Shown: positions 7,866-16,233, counted from the stretch's first letter. The stretch is DNA of 24,000 nt from Motilibacter rhizosphaerae (GCF_004216915.1 NZ_SGXD01000001.1:921013-945012), one strand, 5' to 3'. Notes: generated by a model from the letters alone, not told the origin. A program made the numbers and translations.

Positions 7866-9899
7866 TCACGGGCGCAGGGTGACGCTGTCGACGAGCATCG
7901 TGGCCGGGAACGGGGTGGACGCGTCGGGGGCGCCGCCCCAGTCCCCTCCGACGGCGAGGTCGAGCACCAGGTAGTACGGCTTGCCGACCGGCCAGGCCTG
8001 ACCGGGCCGCATGTCGGTGCGCGTCGCCGTGAAGTACTGCCGGCCGTCGACGCCGAACGTGACGTACTCCGGGGTCACCTCCATCTGGTACGTGTGCCAC
8101 GCGCCGGCGACAGGGGTCCCGGGCGCGAAGCCCCGCCCGATGTCGGAGACGTGCTGTCCCTGCCAGCCGGTGGCGTCGGTGGCGTCTCCGAGCGAGTGCA
8201 GGTGCCCGTACACCGTGTCCGGCTGGGAGCCGAGGGACTCCATGACGTCGAGCTCGCCGCTGCGTGGCCAGTCGACGGCGTCGATGTCGGACCCGAGGCT
8301 CCAGAACGCCGGCCAGAGCCCCGCGCCGCCCGGCACCAGCATGCGCGCCTCGACGCGACCGTACGTGAAGGTCAGGCGCCCCTTCGTCTCCAGGCGGGCG
8401 GAGGTGTAGGCGCGTGAGCCGTACGCGTCGGACCACGACTCGCGGCGCGCCGTGATCGCGAGGTGCCCTGCGCCGTCCAGTGCGGAGTTCGACCGCGACG
8501 CGGTGTAGGCCTCGAGCTCGCCGGAGCCCCACGGCCCGCTCCCCACGCGGGGGACCCAGGAGGCCGAGGGCGCTGCTCCCGCCGGCCCGGTGAAGTCGTC
8601 CGTGGTGGTCGGGCCGAGGTCGAGCCCGCCGGCGGAGGTGACGCAGAGCGCCGTCACGAGCGTCTCCCCGCGGCGGGGGACGAAGTGCACGACGAGCGTG
8701 CCGGACGCGACGGCCACCCGCCCGGTGACGTGGTACGCCCACCACCCTCCGGCGGTGCCGACGATGTCGACGCCAGTGGCCAGCGCCGTCGTCGCAGCAG
8801 TGCCGTCCGAGGCCGTCACGTCGAAGACGCGGTCACCGGGTCGGTCACCCGTCGCGTCCGTCGTGAGGATGTCCACGGCGTAGGTGCCCGCGGCCGGGAC
8901 GCGGACGGTCCAGTCGCGCACCCCGAGTCGAGCGCTCTTGTACAGCGCCTCGCTCGACGAGCCGGCGATCCCGCCCCAGACCGGAGTGGGTGCCCCTCCT
9001 GACAGGCCCGACGCCGGGGACCAGGTCCGGCCCAGCGCATCCGTCACGGGGGTGCTCCCGGCCGTCATCCTCACCTGCCATGCGCCTGGAGCGAGGGGGG
9101 CGGCCCCGGAGGCACCGGGGGCCGGTGCGCTGGTGGCCGTGGTCGTGCTCGGCATGGCCGTGGTCGTGCTCGGCGTGGTCGTGCTCGGCGTGGTCGTGCT
9201 CGGCGTGGTCGTGCTCGGCGTGGTCGTGCTCGGCGTGGTCGTGCTCGGCGTGGCCGTCGCTGCCCCAGTGGTCGCGGGCGGGAGCGGGACAGCGCTCGAG
9301 CTGGTCGCACTCGCTCGCGCGCTGGACGTCGCGCCGGGGCTGGCGCTGGCGCCCGTCGGCCTCGAGGGGGTCGTCGCGGAGCTCGGCGTGGTCACCACTG
9401 TCACCCGGTCGAGGAGCACGTTGCGGTCGCAGGTGGCCGTCCTGGCGTCGTTCACGTAGCGCACGACGACCGCGTGCGGGGCGGCGGTGCGCAGCCCGGG
9501 GACCAGGTAGTCCCGCCAGCTCGTCGCGCTGACCGTGATCGTGGCCGCCGGCGTCCCGTCGACCAGGACCTGCACCTGCGGGGCTCCGTTGCAGAGCTGT
9601 CCGCGCGCGGTGAGCACCAGGGTGCCGGGGGAGGAGGGCCTCACCCGTCCGGCCGCGCTCGCGGTGGACCAGAGCATGAGCTCGCGCCCGGCGGACGCCT
9701 TGGCGTCCGCGTACACCGCTCCCGTCCCGCCCGGGTAGGACATCGCCTCGGCCTCGAGCGTCGCCACCTGCGCCGCGCCGGCTGACGGAGCCTGCACGAG
9801 GCTCCCGACCGCGATGCTGACCGTGGCGAGGCAGGCCCCTGCCGCCGTCGCCCTCCCCGCGCGGACCGAGGGAGCAGCGAGCATCGAGGGGCGGCGCAT
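7866..9899 (-). CDS. Secreted multidomain glycoside hydrolase, 677 aa: signal peptide, CBM-like module, (PSTTT)n linker, malectin-like domain, GH16 catalytic domain
   Basis: The start is MRRPSMLAAPSVRAGRATAAGACLATVSIAVGSLVQAPSAGAA, preceded by a G-rich RBS. The malectin-like block is ALYKSARLGVRDWTVRVPAAGTYAVDILTTD...RVFDV. GH16 motifs are GLWPAFWSLG and ELDVME (ExDxxE, encoded 8238-8255). The 351-codon upstream extension in the track is an artefact. Confidence 0.85.
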   Translation of the reverse strand: MRRPSMLAAPSVRAGRATAAGACLATVSIAVGSLVQAPSAGAAQVATLEAEAMSYPGGTGAVYADAKASAGRELMLWSTASAAGRVRPSSPGTLVLTARGQLCNGAPQVQVLVDGTPAATITVSATSWRDYLVPGLRTAAPHAVVVRYVNDARTATCDRNVLLDRVTVVTTPSSATTPSRPTGASASPGATSSARASATSSSAVPLPPATTGAATATPSTTTPSTTTPSTTTPSTTTPSTTTPSTTTAMPSTTTATSAPAPGASGAAPLAPGAWQVRMTAGSTPVTDALGRTWSPASGLSGGAPTPVWGGIAGSSSEALYKSARLGVRDWTVRVPAAGTYAVDILTTDATGDRPGDRVFDVTASDGTAATTALATGVDIVGTAGGWWAYHVTGRVAVASGTLVVHFVPRRGETLVTALCVTSAGGLDLGPTTTDDFTGPAGAAPSASWVPRVGSGPWGSGELEAYTASRSNSALDGAGHLAITARRESWSDAYGSRAYTSARLETKGRLTFTYGRVEARMLVPGGAGLWPAFWSLGSDIDAVDWPRSGELDVMESLGSQPDTVYGHLHSLGDATDATGWQGQHVSDIGRGFAPGTPVAGAWHTYQMEVTPEYVTFGVDGRQYFTATRTDMRPGQAWPVGKPYYLVLDLAVGGDWGGAPDASTPFPATMLVDSVTLRP
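9141..9251. repeat. 15-bp tandem repeat GGTCGTGCTCGGCGT: six perfect copies at 9162-9251 plus one degenerate copy at 9141-9155, encoding (PSTTT)n
   Basis: Counted directly in the sequence. It is in frame within the GH16 gene linker (TPSTTTPSTTTPSTTT...). Confidence 0.95.
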
Positions 9900-10076
9900 G
9901 TTCCCCCCATCGGCTGCATCCCTCGCGCTGCTGATGACCCGGTCGGGGGTTCTGGCAGACTCGTCCACGGTGACCAGGCCGGCGGACCCGTCCGTGCGCC
10001 GAGCTGGGGCGAATACCTGCCGGCGGAACGACACCCTGCCCGCTGCGCGTTCGCCCTCCTGGAGGGCGGCGCGGTC

Positions 10077-11111
10077 GTGTCCGTCGTCGTGCCAGATCGT
10101 CGCGTGCCTCGAGGGAGAGGACCACCGCCTGAGATCGGAGTCGAGTTGTCCCTGCCTTCCGTCGACGCGGACGAGTCCCGCGAGCCCAGCCTCGACTTGA
10201 CCGCTCCGGTGGCGCCGGCCGACCTGAGCGTGGTCATCTGCGCCTACACCGACGACCGGTGGGACGACCTCGTCGCGGCCGTGCAGAGCGTGCTCGACCA
10301 GTCCCGCCCGGTCGGGCAGCTCCTCGTCGTCATCGACCACAACGACGGGCTGCTCGCCCGCGCCCGCGACCGTTGGCCCGCGCTCGCGGTGCTGGCGAGC
10401 ACGGGGCGCCCGGGCCTGTCGGGGGCGCGCGACACGGGCGTCGCCGCGGCGACCGGCAGCGTGGTCGCGTTCCTCGACGACGACGCCACTGCTGCTGCGG
10501 ACTGGAGCCAGCGCACCGCGGACGCGTACGCGCGCGGACCCGTCATCGGCGTCGGTGGGCACGTCGAGCCGCGGTGGCCCGCCGACCGCCCGAGCTGGTT
10601 CCCGCCCGAGTTCGACTGGGTGGTCGGCTGCTCCTACCGCGGCCTGCCGCAGACCGCGGCGCCGATCCGCAACGCGATCGGGGCCAACATGAGCCTGCGC
10701 CGCTCCGTCCTGGACGCGGTCGGCGGGTTCGCCGGTTCGGTGGGCCGGGTCGGAGCGTCCACCGCGGGTGGCGAGGAGACCGAGCTGTACATCCGTGCTC
10801 GCGCCGCCTTCCCCCACGGTGAGGTGCTGCTCGAGCCGGCCGCCCAGGTCCTGCACCGGGTCACGCCCCAGCGCGCCACCTGGCGGTACTTCGTCCGCCG
10901 CTGCTACGGGGAGGGACGGAGCAAGGTCGAGGTGGGGCGCCTCTCCTCCCACGACGCCGCCCTGGCGTCCGAGCGCGCCTACGTCACCCGCACGCTGCCG
11001 GCGGCGTTGCTCCGCGGACTCGTCTCACGGGATCCCCGACGAGGCGCCGCCGTGGTCATCGGGCTCGGCGTCACCGTCGCCGGCTACCTCCGCGCCCGAC
11101 TCAGCCAGTGA
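10077..11111 (+). CDS. GT2-family glycosyltransferase, 344 aa
   Basis: LSVVICAYTDDRWDDL...LLVVIDHND...VAFLDDDA (DxD) is a typical GT-A fold N-terminal half. The GTG at 10077 is preceded by GGAGGG with a 10-nt spacer. It is divergent from the secreted GH16 gene. Confidence 0.8.
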   Translation: MSVVVPDRRVPRGRGPPPEIGVELSLPSVDADESREPSLDLTAPVAPADLSVVICAYTDDRWDDLVAAVQSVLDQSRPVGQLLVVIDHNDGLLARARDRWPALAVLASTGRPGLSGARDTGVAAATGSVVAFLDDDATAAADWSQRTADAYARGPVIGVGGHVEPRWPADRPSWFPPEFDWVVGCSYRGLPQTAAPIRNAIGANMSLRRSVLDAVGGFAGSVGRVGASTAGGEETELYIRARAAFPHGEVLLEPAAQVLHRVTPQRATWRYFVRRCYGEGRSKVEVGRLSSHDAALASERAYVTRTLPAALLRGLVSRDPRRGAAVVIGLGVTVAGYLRARLSQ

Positions 11112-12475
11112 CGGCTGCCCCGCGGCTCGAGCCCGGTCTCGCACCGCCGCACGGCAGCCGGCCCCCCCGCCGCGGCAGGGCCCTCGTCGGCCTCGTCGTC
11201 ATCCTGGCGCTCGTCGCCGGAGCGCTCGTCGGCGTACGGCTGCTGCACCGCGGCGCACCGGGCGCAGCGGGGTTCACCCTCCGCCAGACGGTCGGGACCG
11301 AGGAGGTGACGGACAGCAGGGGATCCGTGTGGAGCCCTGCGACGGACGTGCACGGCGGGACCGTCGAGCAGCTGGGGTCCGCGCCCGCAGGGACGGCCAG
11401 TCCGCAGCTCTACGAGCACTACCGGCAGGGGGTCACGGACTGGACGATCCCCGTCCCCACGCCGGGGCGGTACGCCGTCGACCTGCTCGCCCCCCGCATC
11501 CCCGGCGACAGCTCCGGGGCCCGGGTCTTCGACGTCCTCTCGGGCGGCGACCCGCTCGCGCGCGACGTCGACCTGGCGACCGGGCCGTCGGCCAGCGGGG
11601 TCCGGCACGTCACTGGTGAGGTGCAGGTCAGGGGCAAGGTGCTGCACCTGACCTTCCCCACCTCGCGCGGCCTCGCCGTCGCCAGCGCCGTCCAGGTCTC
11701 CTGGACGGGCGGCCTGGGCAAGCCGCGGACACTGCTGCACGACGACTTCGCCGGTCGCGCGGGCGCAGCCCCCGGCGATCCCTGGACCAGGGTGCAGGAC
11801 CCCGGTCCCGCGGGGGAGGGGGAGCTGGAGGCCTACACCGCCGACTCGTCCACCAGCTCGCTCGACGGCCAGGGTCACCTCGTCCTCTCGGCCCTGCACC
11901 AGCCCACGACCACCGAGGGGCGCGCGACGGACTACGCCTCCGCGAAGCTGACGACCGAGGGCGCGTTCGCCTTCACCTACGGGCACGTCGAGGCGCGGAT
12001 GCAGGTGCCGTCCGGCCGCGGGCTGTGGCCGGCGTTCTGGGCCATCGGGACGGACCGCCCCCAGGTGGACTGGCCGCGCAGCGGGGAGATCGACGTCATG
12101 GAGGTGCTCGGGCGCGACCCCCGCACCGTCCACGCCAACGTGCACGGGCTGGGCGACCAGCAGGACCCGACCGGCTGGCGCGGCCAGCGCGTGAGCGGCA
12201 CCGGCACGGACCACGACACGGGCACCGACCTCACCACGGGGTTCCACACCTACGCAGCGGACGTGCGTCCGGGCGCCATCACCTTCAGCATCGACGGGCG
12301 GCCCTACTTCACTGCTGCCGAGGTCGACCTGCGGAGTGGCCAGGAGTGGCCCTTCGACAAGCCCTTCTACCTGATCGTCAACCTCGCGGTCGGTGGCACG
12401 TGGGGAGGCGCGCCGGACAGCAGCACACCGTTCCCTGCCAAGATGGTGATCGACAGCATCCGGGTGACGAGTTGA
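11108..12475 (+). CDS. Membrane-anchored malectin-like + GH16 glycoside hydrolase/transglycosylase candidate, 455 aa
   Basis: N-terminal signal-anchor (ALVGLVVILALVAGALVGVRLL). Malectin-like block (QLYEHYRQGVTDWTIPVPTPGRYAVDLL...RVFDV). GH16 motifs GLWPAFWAIG and EIDVME (12086-12103). The GTG start overlaps the GT2 stop as GTGA (11108-11111). Confidence 0.85.
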   Translation: MTAAPRLEPGLAPPHGSRPPRRGRALVGLVVILALVAGALVGVRLLHRGAPGAAGFTLRQTVGTEEVTDSRGSVWSPATDVHGGTVEQLGSAPAGTASPQLYEHYRQGVTDWTIPVPTPGRYAVDLLAPRIPGDSSGARVFDVLSGGDPLARDVDLATGPSASGVRHVTGEVQVRGKVLHLTFPTSRGLAVASAVQVSWTGGLGKPRTLLHDDFAGRAGAAPGDPWTRVQDPGPAGEGELEAYTADSSTSSLDGQGHLVLSALHQPTTTEGRATDYASAKLTTEGAFAFTYGHVEARMQVPSGRGLWPAFWAIGTDRPQVDWPRSGEIDVMEVLGRDPRTVHANVHGLGDQQDPTGWRGQRVSGTGTDHDTGTDLTTGFHTYAADVRPGAITFSIDGRPYFTAAEVDLRSGQEWPFDKPFYLIVNLAVGGTWGGAPDSSTPFPAKMVIDSIRVTS

Positions 12476-12485
12476 GGACGGCCAC

Positions 12486-12626
12486 GTGCGCGGACGATGG
12501 ACGCCACGCCGCCGCTCCGGCGGGTCGTGCGCCGCGTGCGGACACGCGGCGGTGGCGCACGAGCACTTGCGGCGCGGCACCGACTGCGCGCTGTGCGACT
12601 GTGCCGTCTTCGTCCCGGGCGCGTGA
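12486..12626 (+). CDS. Candidate 46-aa Cys/His-rich mini-protein (MRGRWTPRRRSGGSCAACGHAAVAHEHLRRGTDCALCDCAVFVPGA), zinc-ribbon-like CxxC-x16-CxxC
   Basis: Not in the ORF track, presumably because it is short. GTG 12486 is preceded by GAGGA (12474-12478) with a 7-nt spacer. About 41 of 46 codons end in G/C, against about 76 percent for the competing frame. Confidence 0.35.
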   Translation: MRGRWTPRRRSGGSCAACGHAAVAHEHLRRGTDCALCDCAVFVPGA

Positions 12627-12719
12627 TGACCAGAGCGTGCTCGGCCGGGGGCACCAGCTGACCGCGGGGAGCTCGCAGCGCACGACCGCCCCCCACCCCC
12701 GACGCGGAAGCACCGAGGC

Positions 12720-14615
12720 ATGAACGCCGCTCCTGCTGTGGCAGTGGCACGGGTCGCGTCGTCGCGCCGCGCCGTGCATGACCGTACGCACCAGATCGCC
12801 CTGACCACGTCGGTAGGGCTGCTGCTGCTCGCCGTCGCCGCGGCCCGCGGCCGGCACGGCGACTCGCAGACGCAGACGGACGCGCTCTACTGGCTGGCCC
12901 TCCTCGTCATCTTCGTCCCCGCCGCCGCCCGCACCCTCTGGCGTCCGACGCCGACCCGCGAGCGGCTCGCCGTCGCCGTCATGCTGCCTCTCGCGCTGTA
13001 CGCCACCCGCGTGCTGCTGTACCCGACGCGGTTCGTCTTCCACGACGAGCTCGCGCACGCGAACACCCTGCGGGCGATCGACCTCACGCACCACCTGTTC
13101 GCAGCCAACCCGCTGCTCCCGGCGTCGGCGTCCTACCCGGGCCTCGAGATCGCGACCTCCGGGACCCGCAGCCTGCTCGGACTGGGCGACCGCCCCGCCG
13201 CCGTCGTGGTCCTCGTCCTCGCCCGCGTGGCCATGACGCTCGCCCTCCTGGGAGTCGTACGGGCCATCACGTCCTCCTCCAGGACCGCGTGCGTGGCGGC
13301 CCTCGTCTACACGTGCAACCCCCAGTACCTCTTCTTCAACTCGCAGTACTCGTACCAGAGCCTGTCCCTCCCCCTCGCGCTCCTGACGATCTACCTCGCG
13401 GTGACGCGGCTCGCGCCGGCCTCCCTGGACCTGCCCAGGGGGACGGCAGAGCCGGCGGGCGTCCGTGGGCGTCCGGCGCTCCGCCTCCTCGCCCTGCCCG
13501 TCCTCGCTCTCGCCGCCGTGGTCGTCACCCACCACCTGACCGCGATGCTCCTCGTCGGGACGATCGGGCTCTGGGCGCTGCTCGAGCTCGCGCTCCGCGG
13601 CCGGGGCTCCCCGCGGCTCGTGCCCCTCGCGCTCCTGACGGTGCTCGGCGCCGTCCTCGTCGCGGGCTGGGTCGTCCGTCCGGGGAACACGGTCGTGAGC
13701 TACCTCTCGACGATCGCCGAGAGCTCCGCCTCGGACGTCGGGGGACTCGCGAAGTCCGGGCAGTCGCGCACCTACTTCGCGGACGGCGGCGGGGTCAAGA
13801 CGCCGCAGTGGGAGCAGCTCGCCCTGGTCCTCTCCCTCGGCATCGTGCTCCTCAGCCTGGTGCCCGCGCTCCTGCACGGGCGTCGCTGGCTCCGTGCCCG
13901 GGACGCGGTCGCGGTCCTGCTGTGCGCCGCCGGAGCCCTCTACCCCCTCATCCCGGCCGGGCACGTCACCGCTGCGACCTCGGAGGTCACGGACCGTGCC
14001 TCCGGGTTCCTCTTCGTCGGGCTCGGCCTCCTCGTCGGTGGCTGGATGGCGTCCCGGTGGTCGTTCACCCGCTGGCCCTCGGTGCTCCTCGGTCTCGTCG
14101 TCGTGAGCGAGGTGTTCCTGGGGCAGTCCATCCTCGGCGCGGGCCCGATCTGGTCCAGGACCCCCGGCCCCTACCTGGTCTCCGCCGACTCGCGCAGCAT
14201 CGACGGGGCGAACGTCTCCGCCGCCGAGTGGGAGGCTGCGCAGCTCCCCCCTGGACAGCGCGTCCTCGCCGACCGCGTCGGTCGACTGCTCGCCGGCGCG
14301 ATCGGCGGCCAGTACAGCGTCACCCACCTGGCCGACCACATCGACGCCAGCCAGGTCCTGCTCGGGGCGACCTACACTCCGCGGGACCGCCAGCTCATCC
14401 GGCTGGCTCGGCTGGACTACGTGGTCGACGACCGCCGGGACTGCACGGACCTCCCCCGCATCGGCGTCTACTACGAGAGCGGTGAGCTCGACGGACGCGG
14501 ACGCACCACGCCGGTGGCGTGCTCCGCGCTCACCAAGTTCAGTGCGGTCCCAGGAGCGCAGCGCGTCTACGACAACGGAGCCATCGCCATCTACGACGTC
14601 CGCGGGCTCCGGTGA
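12720..14615 (+). CDS. Polytopic membrane protein with a C-terminal extracytoplasmic domain, 631 aa; GT-C-like glycosyltransferase/polymerase candidate
   Basis: At least 10 hydrophobic segments. An acidic HDELAH motif lies in a predicted outward loop after the third helix, followed by SYPGL. A soluble tail of about 180 aa follows. Family assignment is inference only. Confidence 0.7.
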   Translation: MNAAPAVAVARVASSRRAVHDRTHQIALTTSVGLLLLAVAAARGRHGDSQTQTDALYWLALLVIFVPAAARTLWRPTPTRERLAVAVMLPLALYATRVLLYPTRFVFHDELAHANTLRAIDLTHHLFAANPLLPASASYPGLEIATSGTRSLLGLGDRPAAVVVLVLARVAMTLALLGVVRAITSSSRTACVAALVYTCNPQYLFFNSQYSYQSLSLPLALLTIYLAVTRLAPASLDLPRGTAEPAGVRGRPALRLLALPVLALAAVVVTHHLTAMLLVGTIGLWALLELALRGRGSPRLVPLALLTVLGAVLVAGWVVRPGNTVVSYLSTIAESSASDVGGLAKSGQSRTYFADGGGVKTPQWEQLALVLSLGIVLLSLVPALLHGRRWLRARDAVAVLLCAAGALYPLIPAGHVTAATSEVTDRASGFLFVGLGLLVGGWMASRWSFTRWPSVLLGLVVVSEVFLGQSILGAGPIWSRTPGPYLVSADSRSIDGANVSAAEWEAAQLPPGQRVLADRVGRLLAGAIGGQYSVTHLADHIDASQVLLGATYTPRDRQLIRLARLDYVVDDRRDCTDLPRIGVYYESGELDGRGRTTPVACSALTKFSAVPGAQRVYDNGAIAIYDVRGLR

Positions 14616-15355
14616 CGCCGACCCGGCAGCGTCAGGCTGTCGCCCTCCTGGTGGTGCTGTCCTGCGCCGCCGTGCTCCTCGGGGCCCCCGGCGCGCTACG
14701 CGCACCGCTGGTCGTGGTCTCGGTGGCGGGCACCGTGCTCCAGGTGGTCCCGCGCGGGCGCCGCGGCCGGCTCGACGAGCTCGCCCTGGCCGTCGGTGGC
14801 GTCCTGGTCCTCCTGGTCCTCCTCGGCGTCGTCCTCGACCTGGTCCCTGCCGGCCTCACGAGGACGACGTGGGCACTGGGCTACGCGGTCGTCGCGCTGG
14901 GCCTGCTCGCCGCTCCAGCCCGCGCGAGCGCCTCGGCCCCCGGCTCCGGGAGACCGGCCCGGGAGGCGCCGCGCTGGTGGAGCGCGCGGACGCTGACGTA
15001 CGCCGTCGCGCTCGCCGTCGCCGCCGGCGCTGCCGCCGTCGCGGTGAGCGCGGCCGAGCGGAGCGACACGGCCCCGCTGGCGCTCGCCCTCGACCGCGAC
15101 GGCGGGAGCTGGGCCGTCGTCATCAGCAGTGACGCTGCCTCAGGTCCCTACGACCTCCAGGTCGTCACCGACCGGGTCGTCACCACCGCTCAGCGGGACA
15201 TCCGCGTCCTGCCCGGACACCCGGTGCGGGTCGGTGTGCAGCGCCCGGCAGCGCGCACGATCGTGCGGCTGGTCCGCACCGGCTCGACGAGCGCGTTCAG
15301 GACCCTCGTCCTCGACCCCTCGACGGACGCGTCGCCCGAGCCGGCCAGCAGCTAG
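14612..15355 (+). CDS. Membrane protein (about 4 TM helices plus a small C-terminal beta-rich domain), 247 aa
   Basis: GTG 14612 forms a GTGA overlap with the upstream stop (14612-15). The 31 codons upstream of it in the track ORF overlap the preceding gene. Confidence 0.6.
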   Translation: MTPTRQRQAVALLVVLSCAAVLLGAPGALRAPLVVVSVAGTVLQVVPRGRRGRLDELALAVGGVLVLLVLLGVVLDLVPAGLTRTTWALGYAVVALGLLAAPARASASAPGSGRPAREAPRWWSARTLTYAVALAVAAGAAAVAVSAAERSDTAPLALALDRDGGSWAVVISSDAASGPYDLQVVTDRVVTTAQRDIRVLPGHPVRVGVQRPAARTIVRLVRTGSTSAFRTLVLDPSTDASPEPASS

Positions 15356-16089
15356 GCCTCGGACCGAGCGCCGTGCTCCTGGGCCGCGGTCGAGCTCGTG
15401 CGCTCGGCAGCTCGCGCGACGGCGCGCACCCGGCCGGGATCGTCCTCGGCCCCGGCGTACAGGACCTGGTCGAAGCTGCCGCGGTAGGACGCGATGCGCG
15501 CGGGAGCACCGTAGGCCACGGCTGCGTCCGGCAGCGACTTCGTCACGACGGCGTTCGCGCCGATGACCACGTCGTCGCCGATGTGCAGGCCCCCGGTGAT
15601 GACGGCTCCCGGCCCGATCCACACGCGGTCCCCGATGACGGGGGTCGCCCGCTCTCCGCGCCGCCCGCTCCTGCCGATGGTCACGCTGTGGGTGATCGTC
15701 GCGTTCGCTCCCATGGTCACCGCGCCGATGATCGTGGTGCCGTGGTGCGCGATGTGGAGTCCGGGGCCGATGTCGGCGCGCTCGTTGATCCGGATGCCCG
15801 TCGTGGACTCGATCGTCCGTGCGCAGACGAAGTGGGCAGCGCGCGCGAGCCGGCGCAGGAGGCGCCCCCCTCCTGTCTCCGGCTCCCACACGATGACGGC
15901 GTGCCCGAGGCGGTAGACGAGCGAGGCCTGCAGCCCTTGGCAGATGACCAGCGCGCGCACGGCGCCGCGGAACGCGGAGAGGGCCTGCTCCTCCGGAAGA
16001 TCCAGTCGCAGCAGGTACACGTAGCGTGAGCAATCCGCTCGCACCGCCTGGAGAGTCTGGCTCAACAGGCGCAGAGGAGCTGATGTCAC
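15352..16089 (-). CDS. Hexapeptide-repeat acyltransferase, serine-O-acetyltransferase-like (polysaccharide O-acetylation candidate), 245 aa
   Basis: Left-handed beta-helix repeats (IGPGLHIAHHGTTIIGAVTMGANATITHSVTIG...IGDRVWIGPGAVITGGLHIGDDVVIGANAVV). The N-terminal helical region (LQASLVYRLGH) is as in CysE-like EPS acetyltransferases. GTG start, no obvious SD. Confidence 0.8.
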   Translation of the reverse strand: MTSAPLRLLSQTLQAVRADCSRYVYLLRLDLPEEQALSAFRGAVRALVICQGLQASLVYRLGHAVIVWEPETGGGRLLRRLARAAHFVCARTIESTTGIRINERADIGPGLHIAHHGTTIIGAVTMGANATITHSVTIGRSGRRGERATPVIGDRVWIGPGAVITGGLHIGDDVVIGANAVVTKSLPDAAVAYGAPARIASYRGSFDQVLYAGAEDDPGRVRAVARAAERTSSTAAQEHGARSEA

Positions 16090-16233
16090 TCGGCGATGCT
16101 AGCCGTACCCGATCGGGCGCAGGGCACGTCCTGCAGCGGTCGACTGCCCTGGTCCAGGTCACGTAGTGTGGTGGACGAGGGTTAGAACCGCCGAGGACGT
16201 GGGATGACGTGCCCACAGAGGTGCGCAGACGGA

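Noticed and set aside
9141-9251. The regular 15-bp periodic repeat, considered as a possible CRISPR-like or satellite array.
   Set aside because: There are no spacers. The units are directly tandem and in frame inside a coding linker (PSTTT repeats).
9900-10952. The 351-codon N-terminal extension of the 1028-aa track ORF 7866-10952.
   Set aside because: It runs antisense through the GT2 gene and has an implausible composition. A signal peptide with an RBS begins at ATG 9899.
12497-12661. An alternative 54-aa ATG ORF in the GH16/membrane-protein gap.
   Set aside because: Its GC3 is lower (about 76 percent) than the overlapping GTG 12486 frame. It has no SD at a usable distance, and the peptide is Arg-rich and featureless.
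12378-14705. The 775-aa minus-strand ORF and other antisense ORFs over the polysaccharide genes (11084-12808 -, 8845-10125 -, 16159-17547 -, 17551-18342 -, 18688-19500 -).
   Set aside because: They show wrong-frame composition (Arg/Gly/Asp/Glu/Pro runs) and no motifs. The opposite strand encodes clear membrane, GH16 and GT proteins.
15352-15355. The convergent genes share their stop codons in the palindrome CTAG (plus-strand TAG 15353-15355, minus-strand TAG 15352-15354).
   Set aside because: It is real in the sequence but most likely a trivial consequence of tight packing. There is no terminator between the genes and no functional implication I can support.
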